This document shows positions 1-9,405 of a DNA stretch of 32,213 nt, in pieces. Position 1 is the stretch's first letter; the number at the start of each line of letters is the position of its first letter. Both the position numbers and the translations under genes were made by a program. Under the pieces are notes generated by a model. That model was not told the origin of the DNA. It worked only from the letters and a program-made list of their open reading frames with translations, and made no database searches. Origin of the DNA: an uncultured archaeon (GTDB lineage Archaea > Thermoproteota > Bathyarchaeia > Bathyarchaeales > Bathycorpusculaceae); NCBI GenBank assembly GCA_963782915.1, contig CAWALK010000005.1, forward strand, positions 1 to 32,213, written 5' to 3'.

Positions 1-74
1 GTTCCTGAAGAGACAGCTAAATCTTAAAAAGGTTCTGCACAGCATCTGCTGCTGGTTACCTTGAGCTTTATGGG

Positions 75-140
75 TTTTCTATAGTTTGTTGTAGTGAAAA
101 ATCCCCTATACACAACAACCACGGGTTTGTGTGGCTGCTT
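75..140 (-). repeat. Dispersed intergenic hairpin repeat (GTTGTTG...TATAGGGG...CAAC), copy 1
   Basis: The reverse complement reads cccgtggttgttgtgtataggggatttttcactacaacaaactatagaaaa. This aligns with 14508-14562 (cccattggttgttgttgtgtatagggggtttccgccaacaacacactgtagaaaa) and with 14946-14991. Confidence 0.7.
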
Positions 141-151
141 GCCTCTAATTT

Positions 152-922
152 TTAAATCACTTGGAACGCTATTTCTATCAGGCTTATGGTAACGGCAATT
201 AGGCATGCGCCGAAGATGTTCCTTGTTTTCCAAGTCACGAAAAGTGTGGCGGCGAACGTGAGTGCGCTGCATATCTGCCATGGCAACGAATTAGACATAT
301 AGCTCTGATAAGCCAGCCACGCGATAACCGCGAGCAGCAGGGTGTTTTCTTTTCCGACATATCGATTGAAGAGGATGCCCACGAAGAACACGGTTTGCAG
401 CACAACCGAGACTACGCTGACAAGAACAATCCAAAGGACCATGCCTCCTTGGGTGTATCCCTGGACCCATTGCTGATGAAACATGGCATTTGTCGCCACA
501 AAGAGTGCAGCGGCAAAGACTAATCCAGCGGCGCTGTAAGCCGTTGTCTTTTTCCAGTTGCCAATTCTGAAACCCAACTCGTCAACTGTGATGTGCCTAC
601 TCAATGCCAGTATTGCCAGGATTGGAACAACCGTGTAGGCTACGACGTTTGTTAATGCATAGTTGAGGGTTAAGTTGTTATCGAAGAGTGGGCGCTCGGG
701 TAAAGAGATGGCAAACACTTGCTGTATTATGATGCCGTGGAACGTCTGGAAGACAAAGCCCAGGAGAAAGACTAGTAGTGTCAACTCGAACAGCTTGGTT
801 TGCTTATGTCTTAGTTTTAGGATAGCTGCGATTCCGAAAACAATCAGGGAAACTACGAGGGTGGTGGCGTTTATTCCGATTGGTCCAAAATACATTGGTC
901 GGGCGTAGATTGGGATGCTCAT
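152..922 (-). CDS. CPBP/Abi (CAAX protease type II)-like polytopic membrane protein, catalytic motifs degenerate
   Basis: 256 aa with about 8 hydrophobic segments. Family-like context 'DELGFR', 'QTVFFVGILF', 'WKTRNIFG', but the EExxxR, FxxxH and HxxxN residues are absent. Confidence 0.65.
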   Translation of the reverse strand: MSIPIYARPMYFGPIGINATTLVVSLIVFGIAAILKLRHKQTKLFELTLLVFLLGFVFQTFHGIIIQQVFAISLPERPLFDNNLTLNYALTNVVAYTVVPILAILALSRHITVDELGFRIGNWKKTTAYSAAGLVFAAALFVATNAMFHQQWVQGYTQGGMVLWIVLVSVVSVVLQTVFFVGILFNRYVGKENTLLLAVIAWLAYQSYMSNSLPWQICSALTFAATLFVTWKTRNIFGACLIAVTISLIEIAFQVI

Positions 923-1145
923 GTGCGGTCGGTAGGCCCTTGGTAGTTTGGGGAGATATGCTTTGAGGTACAGTTGTTTACGTGAGCCAGCGGGGTTTTG
1001 TAGGCTCGGTTGATGCTTCTGTATTCGACTTTCTGTTTTTAGTTTAAGAAGAAATAACAGTTGCCCTTACTCATCATCTAGCAGCGGATTTTGGGGGCGT
1101 TGCGTTTTTGCGTGTGCGTTTGGTCGGGGTTGAAGCTTCAAGAGA

Positions 1146-3218
1146 TTATTGCTTGGTTTTCGGCTGGTAAACGCACCATGGGTCCTCAGTCAAGTAATCC
1201 TTTTGTTGCTCCGCTGGCACATGGAGATCGCCGCAGTAGTCGATGAAGTCGCTTGAGAGGCCATAAGCGCGGGCTCTGCAGCCGCCGCATAGCGTCTTAT
1301 ATTCGCATGCGCCGCATTTTCCCTTAAGAGTGTCTAGATTGCGTAGGTTTTTGAATACCTCTGAGTTGAACCAGATATCTTTGAAGCTTTGCTCACGGAT
1401 GTTGCCTAACTTGATTGGCAGGTATGGGCAGGGGGTTACGTCGCCGTTGGGGTAGATGCGGCAGTAGTGCATTCCAGCGAGGCAACCGCGAACCCATTGC
1501 CTCATGTCTAAACCCATGCCTTGTGCGATTCGCATGAACTGCGGGGCGCAAGAGGGTTTGACGTTTAGCCTATGCTTGTGGACTTTGGCAAACGTGTTAG
1601 TTATCATTTCCTCGTATTTCTCTGGCGAAATGTCGGTTAATTTGACACCGCGCCCTGTTGGTACAAGGAAGAATAGGTGGAAGTTTTCGACGCCTATGGA
1701 TTCGGCGAGTGTCATGATGTCGTCTATTTGGTTGTAGTTGTCATGTGTGAGGGTGGTGTTAACTTGTACTAGGATACCGTTGTTTCGTAGTGCTTTGCAG
1801 GCGTTTACTGCTTTATCCCATGCGCCCGTTACTCCTCTGAATTCATCATGCTGCGCTGGAATGCTTGAATCTATGCTGATTGAGACAGTAGCGATGCCTG
1901 CTGCTTTAAGTTTCTTGGCCATATCTTCGTCGATTAAGTAGCCGTTGCTTCCCAACCCTATCTTTAATCCTTTCTTTGAGCCGTACTCGATGAGTTCGAA
2001 AATGTCTTGCCGCAGTAGTGGTTCGCCGCCGCTAAGGATAAGCAATGGGCTGCTGACCTGGTGGATTTGGTCAATTACATTTTTTGCTTCTTTGGTGGTT
2101 AATTCGTCGTCGAGTTTCTTGTCTGTAGCGTTGATGTAGCAGTGGCTGCATTTCATATTGCATTCGCGGGTCACGTTATAGGACATGACTAGTGGAACAA
2201 ACCGCTCTTGTGACTTGGCTTCTGGTGAATAAGCCATTTTTAGGTAGTATTCACATATGCCGTCTTTAGCCATGAGTTTAGGTTGCCACAGGGTGAATGG
2301 GAAGGGGAGGACTGTGTCGAGCATGGCTTTGGCATGTGCAAAGCAGAAGTGGTTACAGAAGAGAGCGGATACTTTGGAGTCGATGCCGTATTTTTCTTGG
2401 GCATAGTGGTGGCCGCCATGGATGGGGCAGTTGAGGAACTCCATTTTGCCGTCGAGTGTTGATCCATCCATCGCCATGTTGATGAAGTGGTCTGCCAGCA
2501 TGACCGATTGGAGTTTTTCCCGGCGCATACCGACTTTAAGCGTTACGTCGAGAGCGATGTTAACGGTTTTTTGGCCAAAATCATCTTTGACTTTTACCAT
2601 TGCCGCTTCAACTGTTTCATAACCCATGGTTTTCACGAGTTCACTCAAAACGAGGAGGCCTTTGATTGTCTCGTATTCTTGAGTAAACCTCATTAAAACA
2701 ACTTGTTGTGCCCAATCGTCAAACAGCTTCTCCAGCGCTTGGGCTGCTTTGGGGTCTTTGTTTGTTAGCTGGGTTTCGATATTCTTTTGGGTTTGTTTTA
2801 ACTTGGTGAATAATGCGATTTTTTCTTCGCTGTTTAAGTGTTTAGTTTCGGCTATAACATCCGCGTCATAGCTTAGTTGCATGGTGCCTTTGGTTAATTC
2901 CTTGGCATCAGCGTAGAATTCGCCATAAATATTGTTTAGTCCTGAGGTGACGTTGGGTAAAGGAACGTTTAGTTCGTCGAGTAGGACTTGGGTTTCGGAC
3001 TCCATTTTGGTAACCATAGCCATATGGTAGAGCAAGGAACCTGCCATGCCGGGGTCGGCCTGTTTGCCCATTACGCCGGCGAAGATTTGACCGCTTAGTT
3101 TTTTGGCTGTATCAAAATCTTGTTTTTCAATAGCGCATAAAGCTTGGTCAAGTTTAGCTTTGCGTTCAGTTAGAAGTTGTGCCCATTTATGGCAGTGCCT
3201 AACATCAAAGTTGGTCAT
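1146..3218 (-). CDS. Radical SAM/SPASM protein of the AhbC/AhbD/NirJ-like group with a ~340-aa N-terminal extension
   Basis: CxxxCxxC (CNMKCSHC), SGGEPLLR, FFLVPTGRG, PSCAPQF, and SPASM cysteines CLAG..C..NGDVTPCP and GKCGACEYKTLCGGCRARAY...EDPWC. Confidence 0.85.
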   Translation of the reverse strand: MTNFDVRHCHKWAQLLTERKAKLDQALCAIEKQDFDTAKKLSGQIFAGVMGKQADPGMAGSLLYHMAMVTKMESETQVLLDELNVPLPNVTSGLNNIYGEFYADAKELTKGTMQLSYDADVIAETKHLNSEEKIALFTKLKQTQKNIETQLTNKDPKAAQALEKLFDDWAQQVVLMRFTQEYETIKGLLVLSELVKTMGYETVEAAMVKVKDDFGQKTVNIALDVTLKVGMRREKLQSVMLADHFINMAMDGSTLDGKMEFLNCPIHGGHHYAQEKYGIDSKVSALFCNHFCFAHAKAMLDTVLPFPFTLWQPKLMAKDGICEYYLKMAYSPEAKSQERFVPLVMSYNVTRECNMKCSHCYINATDKKLDDELTTKEAKNVIDQIHQVSSPLLILSGGEPLLRQDIFELIEYGSKKGLKIGLGSNGYLIDEDMAKKLKAAGIATVSISIDSSIPAQHDEFRGVTGAWDKAVNACKALRNNGILVQVNTTLTHDNYNQIDDIMTLAESIGVENFHLFFLVPTGRGVKLTDISPEKYEEMITNTFAKVHKHRLNVKPSCAPQFMRIAQGMGLDMRQWVRGCLAGMHYCRIYPNGDVTPCPYLPIKLGNIREQSFKDIWFNSEVFKNLRNLDTLKGKCGACEYKTLCGGCRARAYGLSSDFIDYCGDLHVPAEQQKDYLTEDPWCVYQPKTKQ

Positions 3219-3365
3219 GCGTCCACACCCTTAAAGCATAAGGATTGACACTTGACCCTAAAAAAGGCTAGCAATGAATTGTTGCTTACCATCGATGCAT
3301 CTTGCATGTTTACGTTGACCCAATAAACTAATTAGGCGCCATTGGGAACATAGCCAACTAGAAGG

Positions 3366-3686
3366 GTGTACCGTTTGGATTTAGACGCAAACATGATTAA
3401 CTTAATTCTGGCTTTAGTCGGTTTCCTAATAATGTTCGGATATCTCGGCGGCATAGGTATCAACAAGCCTCGTGGAATGAGCATGAAAACTTGGTGCATG
3501 GGCTATTTAGGCATCGCAATCGTTTTCGATGTGTTAGCCGTTGTCGGTATGGCTTTTGGTTATATGTGGTTAACCTATTTGCTTGTTGGTCTAGCTGCAG
3601 GTGCATCCACTGGGCTGGCATTCCACGTTGCACATCATATTAGTGAGGAAAACGAGCACGAGCATAACCCAATGATGGGAATGTAA
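3366..3686 (+). CDS. Small 3-TM membrane protein with His/Glu-rich C-terminal tail
   Basis: 106-aa ORF filling the gap between neighbouring genes; three hydrophobic stretches; tail HVAHHISEENEHEHNP. Confidence 0.65.
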   Translation: MYRLDLDANMINLILALVGFLIMFGYLGGIGINKPRGMSMKTWCMGYLGIAIVFDVLAVVGMAFGYMWLTYLLVGLAAGASTGLAFHVAHHISEENEHEHNPMMGM

Positions 3687-3692
3687 CTCGCT

Positions 3693-4940
3693 TTACCCTT
3701 TTTTAGACTCCAACAATTCATTAAACAGTATCAAGTAATCCCTCAGCTGGCTTACGATCAAAAAGTTTTCGCGCACATGCTCACGCCCACTGACACCCAT
3801 CTGCTTCGCCATCTCTCTATTCTTCAATAAACACAGCGTTCTCTCAGCCGCTTGCTCAACAGTATCCACCAAAAACCCGTTCACTCCATCAATTATTTGC
3901 AGGGGGATTCCGCCGACTTTGCGGCCGACGACAGGCACGCCTTTCCATAGCGCTTCAGCTACCGTTAAGCCGAAGCCTTCACGTGTGGACATTTGAAGCA
4001 CTACCTGCGAGGCACGCTGTAACGCGTTTACTTCATGGTCTTTGACACCTTTCAAATCCGTTAGCAAATGCACGTCTGGGTCTTCACCAGCGTGTCGGGC
4101 ACTCTTTTCCAAATACAGCCATCCTTCGGGATCATCCGCCGCCATACCCGCAATAAGCAGCAACTGTGCTGTTGGAAACTGCTTCTTAACTATACGATAT
4201 ACGTCGATGGCTCCCGAGGGGTCTTTCCATGGGTCAAAACGTCCCACTTGAGTTATGATTGGCTGGTCAGGTTTTATTTCGAAACGTTGCAGTACATCCA
4301 TTACTTCTTGGTCTGTTAATTCGCGGTTCTTTTCGCTGAGCGGATTGATTGATGGGGGTCGGATTGTTAGTGTTGGTACGGTTAAGCTTGGAACTACGTA
4401 CTGTTTTGCGGTGAATATTGCTGCGTCATAGCGGCTAATGTAGGATTCAAGGAACTCCCAAACGGTTAAGTTAGGTGTGGATAAGTCGACGTGGCATCGC
4501 CAAATCCATTTGTTGTTCTTGTTTGGATAGAATTGAATTAGCGCGGCTGGTTGGGCATCATGGATCATGACGATGTCTGTGTCGAGGATTGAGAGTTCAC
4601 TGTTCATCTTGTTGTATTCGAGGTAGAGGCGTTCTTCCTCTTTGGACAGCGGGGCATTCATGCCTTGGAGGGCGTTGTGGATTTTTTTTGTAACTGTAAA
4701 AAAATCGAAGCCACCTTTGATTACTTCCCAATGCACATCCAAACCCGTATCCTTCATCAATGGTACTAAGCTGTGGAGGATTTCTGCTACCCCACCGCCG
4801 AAAGCTGTGGAATTCACATGAGTAACCGATTTACCCTTCAACTTATTGCCAAGTTCACGCACGACCTCAATTTGGCCCTCTTTGACTATGCCCTCAAAAT
4901 CTTTAAGCTCAATTTTCTTATTCAACTCAACACTCAACAT
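3693..4940 (-). CDS. treT: Trehalose glycosyltransferring synthase TreT (GT4 family)
   Basis: HVNSTAFGGGVAEIL, TKKIHNALQG, IHDAQP, WRCHVD, RFDPWKDP, DDPEG, REGFGLTVAEALWKG. Start taken at ATG 4940; the ORF track extends to 4991. Confidence 0.88.
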   Translation of the reverse strand: MLSVELNKKIELKDFEGIVKEGQIEVVRELGNKLKGKSVTHVNSTAFGGGVAEILHSLVPLMKDTGLDVHWEVIKGGFDFFTVTKKIHNALQGMNAPLSKEEERLYLEYNKMNSELSILDTDIVMIHDAQPAALIQFYPNKNNKWIWRCHVDLSTPNLTVWEFLESYISRYDAAIFTAKQYVVPSLTVPTLTIRPPSINPLSEKNRELTDQEVMDVLQRFEIKPDQPIITQVGRFDPWKDPSGAIDVYRIVKKQFPTAQLLLIAGMAADDPEGWLYLEKSARHAGEDPDVHLLTDLKGVKDHEVNALQRASQVVLQMSTREGFGLTVAEALWKGVPVVGRKVGGIPLQIIDGVNGFLVDTVEQAAERTLCLLKNREMAKQMGVSGREHVRENFLIVSQLRDYLILFNELLESKKG

Positions 4941-5118
4941 AACAAAAAACCCCAAAAACAAAAAACAGTTATCCGCAAAAGGTTGGGACAAAGTATTATT
5001 TAGTTCGTCTGCAATAATAAATGTTGACGTTGTTGGAGTTTTAACGGTAAAATCCTAAGCTAACCGCTTTTCTGAACCTACTATCTAATAATAACGTTAG
5101 AATCCGACACTGATTGGT

Positions 5119-6975
5119 ATGAGGAATCCTTGTTTGCATGTTGGTGCTGATTTTCAAGATGGAAGTTGTCGTTTTGTAGTGTGGGCTCCCAACCATAACC
5201 ACCTCACATTGTTGCTTACGAAGGATGATCAGCATATTCCAATGGATAAAGCAGGTGGAGGTTACTGGACGCATACCGCTGAAGGTTTTGAATCCGACAC
5301 CACATATATGTTCGAGCTGGAGGGCAAAGATGTTAAGCCTGATCCAGCCTCGCATTTTCAGCCCGATGGCGTTTTTGGGGGTTCACAGGTAATTGATCAC
5401 GACACGTTCTGTTGGAAGGACCGTGATTGGTCTGGATTAGACGTTAAAGACCTGATTTTTTATGAGTTGCATGTCGGAGCCTTTACGCCCGAGGGCACCT
5501 TTAAAGCAGTTATTCCGCGAATTAAGGACCTTCAAGAGTTAGGTATCAACGCGGTTGAACTGATGCCCATCACCCAATTCTCGGGAAAACGCAACTGGGG
5601 ATACGACGGCGTGTTTCCATTTGCTGTCCAGAACAGCTACGGCACACCAGACGACCTAAAAGCCCTTGTAAACGAATGCCACCAGCATGGCGTTGCTTTG
5701 TTTGCAGATTTCGTCTACAACCACCTTGGTCCCGAAGGCAACTGCCTAAACAATTTCGGTCCCTACTTCCCCGATACAAAGATGGGCCTCTGGGGAGCCA
5801 ACATAAACCTTGATGGACCACAAAACGATGGCGTACGAAACTACTTTTTGGAAAACACGCTGCACTGGTTTAGCCACTACCACCTAGACGGCATACGGTT
5901 AGACGCGGTGCTATCAATGCATGACAGTAGCCCTCAACATTTTCTATCTGAACTCAACGAGAATGTTCATTCCTACGCAGAAGGTGCGGGCAGAAAAATG
6001 CATCTTATCGCTGAAACAGGTTTCAATGTCCCCAACATTTTAGCCCCCATAAGTACTGGTGGCTGTGGCTTTGAAGCACAATGGCTGGACGATTTTCAAC
6101 ACGCCGTCTTTGCGCTGGTAACAGGCGAGCGAGAAGGTTACTACGGCAATTATGGCAGCATCCAAGACCTAATCGAAGCCTTAACCGAAGGATATGTCTA
6201 TGTGGGTGACGAAGCCGCCTACAAGCGTAATAGCCCAAGCGAATCCTATAGTTGGGTTGGCGCAGACAAACTCATCGTTTTCTCCCAAAACCATGACCAA
6301 GTAGGCAACCGCCTCTTAGGCGACCGCTTAACAACAATAGCTGGTTTTGAAGCAGCCAAATTGGCAGCTGGCATAGTACTGCTATCGCCCTACGTTCCTC
6401 TGCTGTTTATGGGTGAAGAGTACGGGGAGACTGCGCCGTTTCTATTCTTCGCCGACTACCAAAGCAAGGAATTGGCTGATGCCGTTCGAGTGGGGCGTAA
6501 GCGGGAGTTTGCAAATTTTCATTGGCAGGGCGAAGTGCCTGATCCTTTGAGTTCGGCGACGTTTGAGAAGTCAAAGCTCAACTGGCAACAGCGCACTTCA
6601 GGATCTGGACAAAAAATTATGGCATATTACCATGCCTTAATTGAGCTAAGAAAAAAATATCCGATCTTCCAAGCCCAAGTCGATAGGCAAATAAAAAATG
6701 TCTCAAACCAAGGAAGTGTACTGTTTATTCAAAAACAAAACCGAAACACCGAATCCGCCATAATCGCCAACACTCAAAACCAACCAGCTACCTACGATTT
6801 TCCGTTCGACAACGGCACCTACACCAAGGTTCTCGATTCAGCGGATTTCGTTTTTAACGGGGGAGGTCCGACGCTTCCAACACTAGCCGCCAAAGGCGAC
6901 GAGCATATGATTAGTGCATTCAATCTGGCAGTTTATATGAAAACGCCTCATCAGGGTGTGGAGCCTATTGGCTGA
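5119..6975 (+). CDS. treZ: Malto-oligosyltrehalose trehalohydrolase (GH13)
   Basis: FVVWAP, PDPASHFQPDGV, YELHVGAFTPEGTF, NWGYDGV, catalytic GIRLDAV / IAE / QNHDQVGNR, LLFMGEEYGE. Confidence 0.93.
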   Translation: MRNPCLHVGADFQDGSCRFVVWAPNHNHLTLLLTKDDQHIPMDKAGGGYWTHTAEGFESDTTYMFELEGKDVKPDPASHFQPDGVFGGSQVIDHDTFCWKDRDWSGLDVKDLIFYELHVGAFTPEGTFKAVIPRIKDLQELGINAVELMPITQFSGKRNWGYDGVFPFAVQNSYGTPDDLKALVNECHQHGVALFADFVYNHLGPEGNCLNNFGPYFPDTKMGLWGANINLDGPQNDGVRNYFLENTLHWFSHYHLDGIRLDAVLSMHDSSPQHFLSELNENVHSYAEGAGRKMHLIAETGFNVPNILAPISTGGCGFEAQWLDDFQHAVFALVTGEREGYYGNYGSIQDLIEALTEGYVYVGDEAAYKRNSPSESYSWVGADKLIVFSQNHDQVGNRLLGDRLTTIAGFEAAKLAAGIVLLSPYVPLLFMGEEYGETAPFLFFADYQSKELADAVRVGRKREFANFHWQGEVPDPLSSATFEKSKLNWQQRTSGSGQKIMAYYHALIELRKKYPIFQAQVDRQIKNVSNQGSVLFIQKQNRNTESAIIANTQNQPATYDFPFDNGTYTKVLDSADFVFNGGGPTLPTLAAKGDEHMISAFNLAVYMKTPHQGVEPIG

Positions 6976-9403
6976 ACGATTCATCTGCATACACGGCCAC
7001 TTCTACCAGCCCCCCCGCGAAAACCCATGGTTAGAAGAAGTAGAATTCCAAGAATCCGCCCAACCCTACCATGACTGGAACGAACGCGTAACCGCCGAAT
7101 GCTACGCCCCAAATGTCGTCTCACGCGTTATGGATTCAGATTGGCGCATAATCGGATTAATCAACAACTACACACGAATAAGCTTCAACTTCGGACCCAC
7201 ATTGCTCTATTGGTTGGACAAACATAAGCCGAAAGTGTATGAGTCTATTCTAAGCGCCGATAAAGAGAGCATGAACAATTTTTCGGGGCACGGTTCAGCA
7301 ATTGCTCAAGTTTACAATCATATGATTATGCCGTTGGCTAACCGTCGGGATAAGGAAACGCAGGTAAAGTGGGCGATAAAAGATTTTGAGGTACGGTTCG
7401 GCAGGTTTCCTGAGGGTATGTGGCTGCCTGAAACGGCGGTAGATACGGAGTCACTTGAGGTTTTAGCAGAAAACGGAATAAAATTCACTATCCTTTCGCC
7501 TCATCAAGCGTTAAAGATGCGCAAGTTAGGTGAGGAAGAATGGGCTGATGTTTCTGTGAGCAAAATTGATCCAAGACGTAGCTACAAATGCAACTTGCCC
7601 TCTGGAAAGAGTATTAGTTTGTTCTTTTTTGATAGGCGAACTGCTAGCGATATTGCTTTTGGTAATCTGCTTGAGAATGGGGAAGCCTTTGCAAAGCGGC
7701 TTATCGAGTCGCTTAACGGAGACAAAGATGAGGTCTTTATCGAGAGTGTGGCAAGCGACGGCGAACTCTACGGTCACCATCACCCACACGGCGACATGAC
7801 GCTAGCATACTGCATCTACTATATCGTCGCCAACGACACTGCCAAACTCACCAATTACGCCGAATACTTGGAAAAGCATCCACCGCAGCATGAGGTGCAA
7901 ATTGCAGAGAACACTTCCTGGAGCTGCATCCATGGCATAGAACGCTGGCGAAGCGACTGCGGCGACAACATGGGCCATGAAGGCTGGAAACAGGCTTGGC
8001 GCAAACCTCTAAGAGATGCGATGGATTGGCTACGAGAAACCCTTGCACCACATTTCGAAACAAACGCGGGACAATACCTCAATGACCCCTGGAATGCACG
8101 CAACGATTACAACACTGTAATTTTGGATCGCTCAAAAGAAAACATAGATGCCTTCCTATCAAGACACCACAAAAAAGAACTAACCATAGAAGAAAAACGC
8201 CGAGTAATCAAACTACTCGAGATGCAACGCCACGCTATGCTCATGTATACTAGTTGCGGCTGGTTCTTCGACGAAATCTCAGGCATCGAAACCGTGCAAG
8301 TAATGATGTATGCAGCACGAGCTATACAGTTAGCCGAGGAACTATTCGACATAGAACTCGAAAGCCAATACGTCAAAATGCTAGAGCAAGCTCCAAGCAA
8401 CATACCCGAATTCCAGAATGGCGCAAAAATCTACAACATATTCGTAAAACCCTCAGTCGTTGACTTCACCAAAATAAGTGCCCAGAACACAATCCGTGAA
8501 CTCTTCTCCAAAAACAATCACTCAACTCCAACAACATCAAAGATACCCAATTGCTGCTTTAAAACAACCCCTGACATCATCGAAAAGTGGGATGACGGAA
8601 AATTCCGTTTCATCGTAAACCGCTCAACAATTTTTTCTTCCATCACCCTTGACGAACAAACCTTTAGTTGTGCAGCCATTTGGCTAGGCGACCACAATGT
8701 TACCTGCGGAGCCAGATTTGACATGCAAAAGAAAGCTTTTCAATCAATGCGCAACAAACTTGTCGGATGCTTTGAGAAGGGGCAGATAAACGAAATAATT
8801 GTGGGGTTATCGCGGTATTTTGGTAAAAATAATTATTCTCTCAAGGATCTTTTCAAAGATGACCAACGCTTTGTTCTCGATTATATCGTTGCTGATGGAT
8901 TGAAGAAAGCTAAGGACCTCTATGACATAGTTTACCATGATAATTCAGCTATGCTGCGTTTTATGAAAGAGAATCGTGTTCCATCTCCTAAACCGCTGCT
9001 GTCGGCGGCTGAAATAGTGCTTAACATGGAGATAGAGCAACTGCTTTTAGCAGAAACCACTGATTTAGAGAGCCTTCATAAACTCATCAACGACTCTAAA
9101 CATCTCTCCGTAACGCTTGATTCTACCCTTATAGGCTTTCAAGCTAGCGAAAAAATAGCTGAGGAATTCAACAAGTTAGCTCAGGCACCCGAAAACCTTG
9201 AAACATTAAACAATATAACTGCTTTAATCCGCACGGTACGCGAGTTACCAGTGCAGCTTAATCTTTGGCAATCCCAAAACGTAGCCTTCAAAATAGCCCA
9301 AAATCAATACCAAACCATTAAACAAAACATCGATGAATCTTCGTTAGCATGGGTTTCAGCGTTTGCAAAGTTATGTGACTTAATAGGGATACGGCTGGTG
9401 TAA
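6968..9403 (+). CDS. GH57 glycoside hydrolase with DUF3536 domain
   Basis: CIHGHFYQPPRENPW, SFNFGPTLL, YNHMIMPL, GMWLPETAV (nucleophile E), SDGELYGHH, MYTSCGWFFDEISGIE. Likely TTG start at 6968 after GGAG; the ORF track begins at 6956. Confidence 0.9.
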   Translation: MAERFICIHGHFYQPPRENPWLEEVEFQESAQPYHDWNERVTAECYAPNVVSRVMDSDWRIIGLINNYTRISFNFGPTLLYWLDKHKPKVYESILSADKESMNNFSGHGSAIAQVYNHMIMPLANRRDKETQVKWAIKDFEVRFGRFPEGMWLPETAVDTESLEVLAENGIKFTILSPHQALKMRKLGEEEWADVSVSKIDPRRSYKCNLPSGKSISLFFFDRRTASDIAFGNLLENGEAFAKRLIESLNGDKDEVFIESVASDGELYGHHHPHGDMTLAYCIYYIVANDTAKLTNYAEYLEKHPPQHEVQIAENTSWSCIHGIERWRSDCGDNMGHEGWKQAWRKPLRDAMDWLRETLAPHFETNAGQYLNDPWNARNDYNTVILDRSKENIDAFLSRHHKKELTIEEKRRVIKLLEMQRHAMLMYTSCGWFFDEISGIETVQVMMYAARAIQLAEELFDIELESQYVKMLEQAPSNIPEFQNGAKIYNIFVKPSVVDFTKISAQNTIRELFSKNNHSTPTTSKIPNCCFKTTPDIIEKWDDGKFRFIVNRSTIFSSITLDEQTFSCAAIWLGDHNVTCGARFDMQKKAFQSMRNKLVGCFEKGQINEIIVGLSRYFGKNNYSLKDLFKDDQRFVLDYIVADGLKKAKDLYDIVYHDNSAMLRFMKENRVPSPKPLLSAAEIVLNMEIEQLLLAETTDLESLHKLINDSKHLSVTLDSTLIGFQASEKIAEEFNKLAQAPENLETLNNITALIRTVRELPVQLNLWQSQNVAFKIAQNQYQTIKQNIDESSLAWVSAFAKLCDLIGIRLV

Positions 9404-9405
9404 CC

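Noticed and set aside
1146-3218. Assigning ahbD or ahbC specifically
   Set aside because: The motifs fit the group, but the fusion and the absence of other heme genes prevent a specific call without a phylogeny.
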